Positions 1 through 11,482 of a DNA stretch of 64,000 nt are shown one piece after another (positions within the stretch are counted from its first letter, which is position 1; each line of letters starts with the position of its first letter). The DNA is taken from the NCBI RefSeq assembly GCF_006345805.1, contig NC_043011.1:2728001-2792000 (forward strand), read 5' to 3'. The position numbers were made by a program, and so were the translations under genes. This DNA is from Octopus sinensis. Lineage: Eukaryota. A model generated the notes under the pieces. The model saw only the letters and a list, made by a program, of their open reading frames with translations. It ran no database searches and had not been told where the DNA came from.

Positions 1-776
1 GCAAATTTTTGGAGGTATTTCTTTCCATTTTTTTCCCACTTCAGTTTTCTGAAATGTTTTATTACAGATGAAAACTGGATCCCAGTTTCATGTTGTCAAG
101 CAATGAGTTTGAATTTGATGTATTTTTGAAAGAAGACAGAAAAATCAAAGAAAATATACAGCAAACATAAAACCAATGTGTGCAATTATGAAGAGGATAT
201 TTTTTCTCGAACAAGAAGCAATTCTAACGGTTCAATTAGCAGGAGGTGGGGAGTGGGGATTTATACTTGAATATAGTAAGAATTTAAGAGCTGTTTTTAT
301 TGGTTATTTTTAGGCTAATCAACTCCAATATGCCCTAATAGAACTTGGTATCACTACATTATCAAGAACGTAAAGAAAGAAAGAAAGAAAAAAGAAAGAA
401 AAAAGAAAAGAAAGAAAAATATCTGAGATTTCCCTACGTACTTGGAAGAAAGTTAAGAATATTGTGCGTGAATATAATGTAAATGTATATATATGTGTAA
501 AAGTTTGTATGAATTTGATATTTCTGTTTTTCAAAAGAAACGATTGTTAACAGTTCTGAGAGTGGAGGGAAAAAAAGAATTTTGTACCTGAATATAGTAA
601 GAATTTAAAATCTACTTTTATTAGTTATTTTTAGGGAGATACTAGATGTACTCCTGACCCTTTGGATCACGACCACTCAAAACTGAAAATGTTGATGTGC
701 AACACCAAAGGAAAAAGTAATATTTTAGTTAAAATGGTAATTTTTATCATGTTAATCAAAGGGCAGTTTATTTTAA

Positions 777-995
777 CCCTTTCGTTACCATATTTCTGTT
801 GAGATGCTCTGTATTTCTTTCAATTACTTTAAATATAACAAAGAATTTAGTAAAATAACTTAGTTATCATTCAGCTAGTGTTAGGAACATAAATTGTGAC
901 TAAGGTTTGGTGAAGATTTTAATTCAAAACTTATGAAAACAAGACATTTGTACTCAGAGCCAGAGCCGGTTTCAGCCGGGTTGGTAACGAAAGGG
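777..995. mobile_element. piggyBac-type MITE (~220 bp)
   Basis: TIRs CCCTTTCGTTACC (777-789) and GGTAACGAAAGGG (983-995). TTAA on the left (773-776) and a degenerate TAAC on the right. No coding capacity. Confidence 0.7.
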
Positions 996-999
996 TAAC

Positions 1000-1325
1000 T
1001 CCGTGTTATACCTATAGAATCCATCTGACAGCATAGAGAGGACACATAATCCAAAATTTTCGCAATGCAACCACAGATTAAGGGAGGAAAATAGAAAGCA
1101 TAGTAATTTTTCTCTTTAAGAAAATAAATAATCAAGTTGAAAATGTGACCTTGAAATGCCCCTCCCTTCCATTGCCGAGTCGAGTGAGTAGAGATTTTCA
1201 ACTCCATTTTTTTTCTTTTCTTAAAGGGGAAAATTATTTTATTTAAAATAAAATATTAATCATTCTCATCTTGATCAAAAGACAGAAAAACAGAGAGACA
1301 AATTTTGAGTTTTCATTTTATATAG
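1000..1325 (-). mobile_element. Helitron 5'-end fragment
   Basis: Minus strand starts TCTATATAAAATGAAAACTCAAAATTTGTCTC and aligns by eye with the 5' end of the Helitron at ~10325-10440 (shared GATxAAGATGAxAAxGATTA and TTTCCCCxTT...GAGTTGAAAA blocks). Confidence 0.55.
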
Positions 1326-1333
1326 ATAGATAG

Positions 1334-1410
<77 letters not shown>
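1323..1410. repeat. (GATA)n microsatellite, 3' flank of the Tx1 LINE
   Basis: Direct tetranucleotide array abutting the LINE 3' end. Confidence 0.95.
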
Positions 1411-1411
<1 letters not shown>

Positions 1412-1740
1412 CTTTCTTTTATTAGCCACACAGGGCTGAATACAGAGGGGACAAATACAAATGCAGAGCTTTTCTTTTCGAGGGTGTAAAAAAAAGAAAA
1501 TAAATGTAAGATTGCGATCAAAAGGGATCGAGAGGAGGAAAAAAAAGAAAAGAAATCGTGTATCACAGAAATAATGATAAAAACATTGATATAACAAGAT
1601 TGGGTTCATCCGTGGGAAGAAAAGCCTACAGAAAAGACCACGGGAACCTCAGTCAGGGAGGAAATAACCACATGAGATCAAAATGCTCTCTTTCTTTCTT
1701 TTTTACGATCTACAGGATCATGCTCAAAATGGTTTCGTCA

Positions 1741-4700
1741 CTAGCACGCACCATCTTTGCAACATTCACCCATCTTTTTTTTGAATCTTTCGCGAGACAA
1801 AACTTCCCTCTCCATTCTCACCTTCCTTTTCAAGTGGTACTTGAAAAAGTTGATGAGCGATTGGCTAGAGAGGTAAGTGTTTGTCTCTAATCCTTTCGCT
1901 CGGGTCCACCACACACATTCTTTCATCATGGCCACCAGTACGATGAAAACTGCCTTGCCTTCCCGGTTGAGGGAAGGGGGCGGAGCAATTCTCACGATAG
2001 ACTCGGACGATAGGCGGATTCGTCCCACACGTGACAGCAGCCGTTCGGCATAAGCCCACAGGTCTGAAATGGTTGGACATTGCACGAGTGCGTGCAGAAC
2101 GGTTTCGTCGCTCTGGCCGCATCTCGGGCAAGTCGGTCCAGTGTGTCTGGAACCGTGTCTGTAGAGCTTATCCCGAACAGGTAATGCTTCTCGATAGCAC
2201 TGCCAGGCCAGGGATCTTTGGTGATTGTTCATAGGTCCCGGCCCGAAAGTTGTCCTGAACAGGCGGGTCAGGTGTTCCTCGTCGACGCCCAGACTCTGCC
2301 CGAGTTCGTCGTCGCGCCTCCCCTCCTCTAATCCTCTATAGAATGCCTTTGTTGTGATGGAGTCGCACAAGTTCGATCCCGGACGGCAGAGTTGCTTGAG
2401 AGCAACGCGACACTCGCGGTGCCATTCGCCTAGCCTCGGTCTCTGCTTGATACATGACTGTAGTTCGTCCAAGGAGACGAGCTGCGGGAAAGCGCGCCGC
2501 ACAAAAGGCGACCACACCTGTTCACCGTTGTCTATGAAGCGCCGGAGATGTCGCAGTCTCAGCGCATGTCTGCGCATCATCAACCACGTCATGCCCAGCC
2601 CTCCAATCAGCGGGTGTTGACAGCAAATTGATCGCCTAACCATCAGAACGTTTCCCTTCCACAAGAAGCGGAAGAGTATACGTTCCAGTTTGGTGATGGT
2701 AGGGTCGGGACAAGGCACGACGGTCAGACGATACTCGATGACGGATGCGATGTACGCGTTCACCACCTCCGCCCGACCTTTTAGGGATAGCTTTCTCTCA
2801 GCCCATTTCTGGGTGAGAGTAGCCACCCTAGTCGTTATCTCGCCCCAGTTCTTCTCCATTTGGAGGTCCGGACCGAACCAGACCCCGAGCAATTTAACCG
2901 GTCCGTCCGTCCAGCGTCCCACGATGGAGACACTGTTGGACGGCATGGGCCTGCTTCTCCAGGTGCCGAGCCGCAAGCCCACTGACTTTTCCCGGTTAAC
3001 TTTTGCTCCCGTTACCGCTTCGTATTCTTTTAGTGTCTCGCCGACCAGCTCGATGTGCTCGTAGCTCGACACTATGACGGTGACGTCATCCGCGTATGCA
3101 GACACGCTCCTCCCGCATCCCAGCTCTCGTGGGATGCCCCTCAGCGTCGCCAGTTTCCGCAGTAGTAGCTCAAGAGTCAATACATACAGCAGCGATGAGA
3201 GGGGGCATCCCTGACGAACCGAACGCATGATGTTAAAAGGTCTGGATAGATGACCATTTACGCGAACTACTGAGCGGATGCCGCTGTATAAGGCAGCGAT
3301 CCAACCGCGGAAAACTGGACCGAAACCAGCCGCTTTAAGGACAGCCTCCAAGTAGTGATGGTCTACCCTATTGAAGGCTTTTGATTGATCCAAATTGATC
3401 AGCGCCCCACCCATGCCAGGATTCTTAACTACCCTGTCTATGATGTAGCGCATCAGATGGAGGTTGTCATGAATACTTCTACCCGGCACGGCGCATGTTT
3501 GCGCCTTGTCGATTAGTTTCTTGATGACAAGCGCCAACCTCTCGGCTAACACCTTGGCCAAAATTTTCAAATCTGCGTTGAGCAGAGTGATGGGCCTGAA
3601 ATTATCTATGACGTCCCCCTTGTTTGGGTCTTTCTTAATCAGTGCCACTGCTCCTCGCTTTACAAAAGCAGGAATACTCCCGTTTTGCTGCCAGTTGCAG
3701 TAGACAGCTGCCAAGACGCCTCCAAACAAGTCTGGCATATGAAAATAAAGTTCGTAGGGCAGACCATCCAAGCCTGGTGACTTGTCTCTCGCGCAGCCTA
3801 CCATCGCATCCTGTACGTCCGCAGCTGTGATAGGCCTTTCACAAGACTCCACCTCTCTTGCTGAGAGTCGTGGCAAGACATGCAGGTAGGCACTAAAGTC
3901 CACTCTGCGTTCTGACCCACCACTTGTCCCAAACAGTTGGGTGAAGTGTTGTTGAAAAGCCCCACACATCCTTTTAGGCTCGATCAATTCGGGCCCCTGT
4001 TCATCTATAAGAGACTTGATGGTGGCTCTGTTGCCTCGTTGCGTCTCCACTACTCGGGCCTCTTGGGCGGCTCCAACTCCTTCGTTCCTCAGAGCACGCA
4101 TCCTGGCTCTGACAACGCATCCCTCGTGTTTGGCGTTGAGGTGTTGGTCGAGGGCCAATCTCGCCGCCAGCACGTTGGACGCGATGCCAGTTCTAAGTGC
4201 CTCTTCTAAAACCTTAACTAATTATCCCTCTATTCTATTTCGGTCTAATGCTAGGGCTCTACTGTATCTGACTGATTCTGCTTTAATTGCTTTTTTTAGG
4301 GCATACCACCATCTGTTGTTGATGATGGTACCCGTCAAAGCTCTCTTAACTAATGTGCTGATCCGGTCCCTGTAAACCTGTCGTGCTGTAAAAGACGCGT
4401 TTCCAGTAACCAGGACCCTGCCTATGTGTCTTATCTAAGTCAAGTGTACAAGTCACAAACTTGTGATCTGTGTAACTGACTATATGAAATTGTGGACAAC
4501 CTACACTATTTTTATCTATTGTCCTACAGAATACTCTAAGTATGATCTGGACGACCCGATGCGGTTACTCCATGTCCACATTGGCACATTCGGGTGGTCC
4601 AGTCGGTACCTGTCAGACAGTTGGAAACGTCTGAGCAGGTCTTTGAGACATTTGCATCCCCTTCTATTGCTATCTCTGCCCACGTAGTCTAGACGCGTGT

Positions 4701-5139
4701 CCAGGGTGGCATTCCAATTCCCCACTAAAAGTAAAGGACGAGACGTTCCCATGAAAGACTCTAGACGTCGAAAGAAATCTGGTCGGCCTGTTAAGGACGG
4801 AGCATGAACTGCTATCAGTCGAAAAGCACACTCATTGCTGCCATCGACATCCAAAACGACCAGCCTACCTTCCGGGTCTAGGAAATTTGCTCTTACTTTG
4901 AGATCCAGACTCTTCCGGATAAGCACCGCGGTGCCACCTCCGCCCATTCTCGGTAGACACGGAGAAAAATAAATGTTGAAATGTGTACCAAAAATGTGCT
5001 GGAGTGCCCGCAAGCTGTGGAGTCTGGTCTCACTGATGGCTATGATATTCAGATTTAGTGACTTGATGTCATTTAACAGGTAGCCTTGTTTCCAAGGCGA
5101 CCCCAAGCCACGTACATTTATACTGCCTATTCTGAGCAT
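1741..5139 (-). pseudogene. LINE ORF2 (APE endonuclease + reverse transcriptase + Zn finger), disrupted
   Basis: ATG at 5139 (MLRIGSINVRGL). APE motifs ISETRL, VHAPS, GNWN, TDH. RT motifs KSPGLDGLP, NFRPITLLNADLKILAKVLAERL, DQSKAFNRVDH, RQGCPLS, YADD, KLLGVWFG. CPRCGQSDETVLHALVQC finger. Frameshifts near 4530 and 4400 and a TAA near 4220; 4173-1741 is still open (810 aa). Confidence 0.9.
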
Positions 5140-5205
5140 GTTCCGATAAAATTGTGTTTTACACACGAAAAGAAAGTGCAAAAAAGGAAAGAGAGAGAGA
5201 AAAGG

Positions 5206-7432
5206 TTACTTGTTGTTCGAAAGTCCTTTGCTTTTCACCTCACAGTCTTCTTCTATGAGGCTTTTGTATAGTTTTTTTGATGAATACTTTTGAAATCTCC
5301 CTACTGCATCAGGGTAAAGAGATTTCAGGGTGCTGTATGTGTTCTGTGTTACGTGTATTATTTTAATGTGTTGTGGTGTTGTTGTGCGTGGATGGTTACT
5401 TGTTTTTATGTCGTTTTCAGTTATGTTGGTGTTTGACCTAATGTGTTGCATTAGGTCGTGGTTGTTTGTGTTTATGGCTGTCAACATTGTTGGGGGGTTT
5501 GATGATGGTGTGTTTGTGTTGATGTGTTTGTTTTCTGTGGATGTTTTTGTTTCGGGAGTGGTGTATCTTCCTGCTTTGTTTGTTATCTTTTCTTTTCTTT
5601 TTTTCCCCCTTTTTCTTCTCCCCCCTGTGGCTATTTGCCAATCTTCTGTGTCTTCTTCGTCTAATGACAAATCAGAAGAATCAGAGCTTGGAAGAGGGAA
5701 AATATTGGGGTCTATTGTAGACTGTGTTGATTTTGTTGTTGGTGTTGGTTGGTGAGCGTTTGGTTGTGGTGTATGCGGTTTTGGAGGTGGGGTGTGGGTA
5801 TTTTGTGTTTGAGTGATTGTAGGTATTGTTGTGTTGTTTGGGGTCTCAATTTTGTGGGGATTTGGAGTAGTAATTGTTTCTTCCTTTTCGCTGAGTGTCT
5901 TTTTGGCAGATGTCCTTGGTTTGGGAGTTGGTTTATTCTTGGTTGTTGTTGTTGGTGATGTTGCTTCTGTTCTTGGTGCAGTTGGTGTGGTTGTTTGGTT
6001 GGTGAGGTTTGTTTTTTGTTGGTTTTCTGTGATTAGTCCTGTTCGTGCAAAACGTGGTGTGGGTAGTAAACCTGGTTTATTTGTTTTTTTCCGGCTGCTG
6101 TTGTTGTTGCTGTTGTTTTCTTGCGGCAGATTTGCAGTCTTTTTTTAGGTGTTGCTCACTGCCGCATATGTAGCAACGTGGTCTTCTGCCATCGACGACC
6201 ACATACAACTTGTGGTCTTCTGATACACATATCTGGGTGGGTATTTTTTTTATGTCTTCTTGATTTATATGTAGTAGAAATTCTACTTTTTTTCCCACCC
6301 AGTTTTTGTGCTCCGTGACCGTGGTTTCTAAAATAGTGAAATTTTTCATTTTTACACATAAGGTCTTTACTAGCCATAGATTATTAGCTATTTTGGGGAC
6401 ATTGTTTAAAGTGATCTTAGTCACTTTCTGTCCCCGATAGCTTGGTGTTAATGTAAGTTCATCTGAATGAAGAGTTAGCGTTGAGAAACGTCTTGCTAAC
6501 TCTTCAGTGTGGAAAACCACTTGTATGTGTGCGAACTTGTTCCACCAGGTCACATAGTCTTTGTAGTTCCAGATGGGTTTCAAGCATTTTTCTATTTTGC
6601 TTGTGTTAGCCTAATCTGGGCTTTTTGCTTTCTTATTAATTATTTTATAAATAATTGTTCTTTTTTTTTCATCTTCTAATATTTCTTCTGGTATGTTTAT
6701 TTTTACTACACCATCTATTTCTGTTATTGTAATGTTCGTGTCTTTTATTTGTTGAGCAGTAAAATATACTGTTGTCTTTTTTTCTTTAATCGCCTCGGCG
6801 AAATTTGTTGTTGTTTTGTTATTGTTGTTGCTGGTGGTGATGTTGTTGTTGGCTGCAGTTGGTAAAATTGGTGTATTTGGTTTGATTGTGCAAGTAGGAA
6901 GGGGTGGAAAATTATTTTCATAATTTATCCCTGTATTCGAGCAGCTTTTGTCAATTTGTTTGGTGGTCACAGTCTTTTGTTTATTCACTTCAGTTCTTGT
7001 TGTTGGAGTAAAACAGGTCTGAACGGAATTGTTGTTGTTGTTATTATTGTTTTTGTTGTTGGTAGTGGTGTCAGTGGCAGAAGAGACAGCCGTGGCAGCA
7101 GATGTCGAAATGGTGGCGCAATTTTTATTTTTGTTGTCATTGTTATTGTTGTTGTTGTTGGTAGTTGAGGTAGTGGATGAGGTGGCGGCGGCGGTGGTGG
7201 TGGTGGTGGTGAAGGCGGTGGTGGTAACAGTAGTAGCGTCTATGTTGTTCTTGCTAGTGGTGGTGTTGGTGACAGGGCTGTTACTACAAGTAGTTGTAGC
7301 GTTCATTGCAAAGTCATTGGTGATTTTACTTTGCGTGCATAAATTCTTTTTTTCTCCTAGCGTTTCCAGTCTAGGAGAAAGCTGGTCGATAAAGGAACGC
7401 GACCATCGTTCTACAATACAATTTCTTGACAT
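5206..7432 (-). pseudogene. LINE ORF1 (gag-like nucleic-acid-binding protein), disrupted
   Basis: ATG at 7432 (MSRNCIVER). Thr/Asn-rich N-terminus, in-frame TAG at 6613-6611, then CYICGSEQHLKKDC zinc knuckle. A frameshift in an A-run near 6085 leads into a KPGLLPTP / Pro-Thr-rich linker, an acidic patch and a basic RRKRGKKRK segment, with stop at 5206. Confidence 0.8.
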
Positions 7433-7634
7433 TTTGAAAATGTCGAGAAAGAAATTACAAAAATTAAATAGGGTTGAAACTGCCCCTTGGGGCGAATTCC
7501 TCCCTTGGAAAAGCACTCAAACGAAAGTTGGGTGCCTTACACAACTTATTTACAAAAATGTACACAAAAATTGGGCTATAAATAGTCAATATAAACGATT
7601 ACCTTCGGAGTCGAAGTGACAGCACGTCCATAGA

Positions 7635-7635
7635 C

Positions 7636-7698
<63 letters not shown>

Positions 7699-7702
7699 CA
7701 GA
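7635..7702. repeat. (GATA)n microsatellite, 5' flank of the Tx1 LINE
   Basis: Direct tetranucleotide array with GACA variants at its ends. Confidence 0.95.
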
Positions 7703-10440
7703 TGCTCATTAAATCAATTTATTGAGGTTCAAAATGAATTATAAATCGAAAATTCCCTTCATTACAATATGTTTTTGTTTTCCTCCTCCAAGGTAAACTC
7801 TGACATTATAATTACTTTTTACTCGACTTAGTGCTATATACAATTGACTCTGATTGAAAACAGGTTCTTTCAAAAATGAAAGAAGTTTCTTCAAAGTTTG
7901 CCCTTGAGATATGTGAATTGTCATGGCAAATGACAACAATACCGGGAATTGCTTCCTCAGCAAGAGTACAACCTCTTTGCTTAAATTCAGCTTTATTCTG
8001 GTTATCATTACAACTTCATTAACAAATATTCCAGAATTAATTTTTGCAATGATGATATTCTCTTTTAATTCTTGTACGATCAATTTGGTTCCATTACAAA
8101 GCATTGGTGGATTCAGATTCTTTAGCAATATAATTGGTGAGCCAACTCCCAATTTCAGCCTATGAGGGGGTATACCAGAAAATTCCAGGGAATTTAAAAT
8201 TCCAATGGAAAATGTATGATTTTAGCTTCTCCCTACAGACTATCGAAAGATCTGTACTTTTTCAGCTCTCCTGGAAAGAATTTAATCCATTCTTCATTTA
8301 TGGCTCTTAAGATATCATTTTCATTGACTAAAATGCAGTTCTTTCAGAAGATGGGTATATTTCTTCAAATGATGGGTATATTTCTTTGATGCGTTCCTGC
8401 AATTCTTTTAAATTACTTATCAAATTTTGTGGGATCTGAATTTCTTCTTTTTCATTCTTGGGAATTAAATCTCTCTCAACATTAAGAATGGATTGTAAAT
8501 ATTTCTCTTGACCCTCCCTCAAACGCATGTTGTGATGTAATTCAAGTTTTTCAAATTTTCTCCATAGAGAAGGTTTTTGATACTTAAAATGACTATCTAA
8601 ACGTTTCTTTCTCTCTTAACAAGTGGTAAATGTTGTCTGAAATCTCAATAACATATGCTTTTGCCAAATGGTACATCTTTGTTGCAGATATCTCTTAGTG
8701 TTCAGTGAACAGCTTTGAAGCATTCTCTTCTTATCATTGATATTTCATCTCAAATGTTGAGTTTTGTTTTTCTGATGACATATTCTAAGTTGGATTTCTC
8801 CTCAATATCACAAACCGATTTTTCTTGAATTGAGATTGGAATCTTGAATTTGGAATTAGCCGTTCGTCCACCCGGCATCAACGTAGCTACAATTCCAGAT
8901 GAAGCAATAGCAAGTGCTATGTCACCTTTACCTCTGACATAAGCTAATAAGGTATTTGTGAGGAAAGTTTTTCCAGTTCCTCCTGGTGCCTCAATGAAAA
9001 TGAGTGATGAGGGATTCGTGTTGGAACGTCCGACAACATTATTATAAATGCTGCTCTTCATTAAGCAGTGGTGTCCTTTCTACAACAATATTTCGCTGCT
9101 CATCATTGTTGTAGTTCAAGTCATGCAAAAATTCAGGATCGACTTCAATTTTTTCAGTATCGCGAGGAAGTGGTAAATTGAAATCTAGATGTTTTGAAAA
9201 ACATTTCAGTTTTTCTTGTATATACTTCAATACTTCAGTGATCCTTCATGATGCCTTTATTGACATAACAGACAAAAATCGTTCCTCTGTTGCTGTTCTT
9301 TCAAAAGTCATCTGACGTGGAATCTTTGAATTTCTCAGATGAATGCATCTGACAAATCTCCATGTGGGAGGACCATGATGAATAAGTCGCTCATTTCTTT
9401 AAGAAGCCCTGTTATTAGTGCACTTTGCATGGTGTTGATCCAAATATTAGTCATCTTCAAGAAGTCCACTTTCTTTACATGCCTTCTTAAATTTAGGAAG
9501 GATCATCCCGTTGTATGTTTATAATGTGATGAAACTTCATGTCCACGAACTTCAGGCACCAAAAGTTCTTAAATAATACAGTTCTCCTGCCTTTGGTGTG
9601 ACGTATTTAAATGACACCTCTGAGGCAACGATTTCAACGTTGTGGTGACATTTGAATGCTCTTAAAAGAGTTTCATTATAAGATACAACTCATTTGTTGC
9701 TGATTGTTTTTCTATTCTCAAGAGATTCAGCTCCTCCCATTGCAACTAATCTTCGTCTGTAAAGAAGATAAGAATCCCTACAGACAATACTTTGCAAGCA
9801 TTCTTTGAGAAATCTCTTGGAGCACAATCCATTCTTCCAAAGTTCTTAATTTTCATTCAAATGAACTTCGATTTTGCTCTAATGTTTCAGCTTTTTGTTC
9901 ATAAATTTCATATTAATGAATGTGTTGATGTCCCCTTCGATCTTGTTCTAGTCTTTCAGCCCTTTCATCATAATTTTCGTTTAAACGTCAGATTTGTTGT
10001 CTTTCCAATCTACGTTGTTTCTGTTTTAATTGCCCTCCTTTTTGATTCAGACGTATTTCTCTGTTTATCTGATACCTCTCCCTTTCTCTGATCCTTTTGG
10101 TTTCACATGTCAGAATGCTCGAACCAGGCCTTTTTGGTGGCATCTGGGGAAAATATTCTTAAGAATTCTTATAAAAAATATCTCATAAAAATATAGGGAG
10201 AATTTCTGTCTTTCAGTTCATGGTGCTCTGAAAGTTGTATAAATGATTAAGGGAAGAAGTAATAAATAAAGAAAAAGGAGAGAAGGTGGTAGCCGCAACG
10301 ACTCTTTGAAGTGTCACTGCTGCAAATCGACGTTTTCAACTCGATCTTTTTTCAAAGGGGGAAATGACTATTTCATTTGTAATCGTTATCATCTTAATCA
10401 TAGAGCAGGAAAACAGACAAACTTTTAATTTTAGTATAAA
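7703..10440 (-). mobile_element. Helitron, internally deleted derivative of an autonomous element
   Basis: PIF1 helicase fragments, a Rep remnant and a TC-like 5' end near 10440. No CTAG/hairpin 3' end is visible before the GATA array. Confidence 0.85.
7739..10143 (-). pseudogene. Helitron RepHel protein (partial Rep + PIF1-family helicase), fragmented
   Basis: ATG at 10143 (MPPKRPG), coiled-coil repeats, then CSKRF...YRRR...VVSYN...HNVE...SFKYV and GELYYLR. Helicase motifs APGGTGKTF (Walker A), ASSGIVATLMPGGRTANSKFKIP, IILLKNLNPPMLCNGTKL, QFPVLLSFAMTIHISQGQTL and QLYIALSRV. Many stops and frameshifts. Confidence 0.88.
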
Positions 10441-10636
10441 ATTGATAAATATGTTAGACCTGATCATAGTCAGTTCAAGGAAATGAACCCATTAGAATAT
10501 TTTTTACTACTTTTCCTTTGAATCAAATACTGCAGAAACCAATGTAAACAAAGAAGGAGGAAATATTTTGAGGTTTTCCACATTCTTGTAAGAAAGTTAA
10601 AAATTCCAGAACTTTTAGGAATATGGTCTGAATATA

Positions 10637-10856
10637 CACGAGGAGGTGTTGAAAATCCCTGGCGTTAAGGGTATCACGAAAGGCCTGGTAGGAGGCACAA
10701 CCGTCCCAAGTTTATTTACAGGACTTAGAAAAACTGAAGGACCACTGCAATAAGTATGAATCACAAAAGGGGAATACATAGAATAAAATCATAATTGACT
10801 GATCCTCCTGTATTTTCTTTTACCCAGAGTCAGGAATTTTCCCACATTCCTCGCAT
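10637..10856. mobile_element. mariner-type MITE
   Basis: TA followed by CACGAGGAGGTGTTGAAAATCCCTGGC at the left end and degenerate inverted GTCAGGAATTTTCCCACATTCCTCG at the right end. Confidence 0.55.
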
Positions 10857-10866
10857 GTGTGCATAC

Positions 10867-10868
<2 letters not shown>

Positions 10869-10909
<41 letters not shown>

Positions 10910-10915
10910 TGTGTG
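10869..10915. repeat. (GT)n microsatellite
   Basis: Direct dinucleotide array. Confidence 0.95.
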
Positions 10916-10946
10916 TAGAAGGTTAAAAAGTAACACACAACTTGAT

Positions 10947-11482
<536 letters not shown>

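Larger units (their letters stand above)
1411..7632 (-). mobile_element. Tx1-clade (L1 group) non-LTR retrotransposon, near full length, inactivated
   Basis: 5' UTR, ORF1 with CX2CX4HX4C knuckle, ORF2 with APE endonuclease, RT (YADD) and C-terminal CCHC finger, and a ~330-nt 3' UTR. Flanked on both sides by (GATA)n. Confidence 0.9.

Noticed and set aside
68-130. Peptide DENWIPVSCCQ after an AG, resembling the tetraspanin PxSCC motif
   Set aside because: The frame stops after 20 codons, with no following transmembrane helix or other tetraspanin exon; the match is too short to support a call.
1865-4375. Multiple 60-125-aa ORFs overlapping the RT
   Set aside because: Antisense or alternative-frame shadows of GC-rich LINE ORF2 with no independent motifs.
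5330-7619. Hydrophobic Val/Leu-rich plus-strand ORFs that look like membrane proteins
   Set aside because: Reverse complements of the Thr/Asn/Gln-rich low-complexity ORF1.
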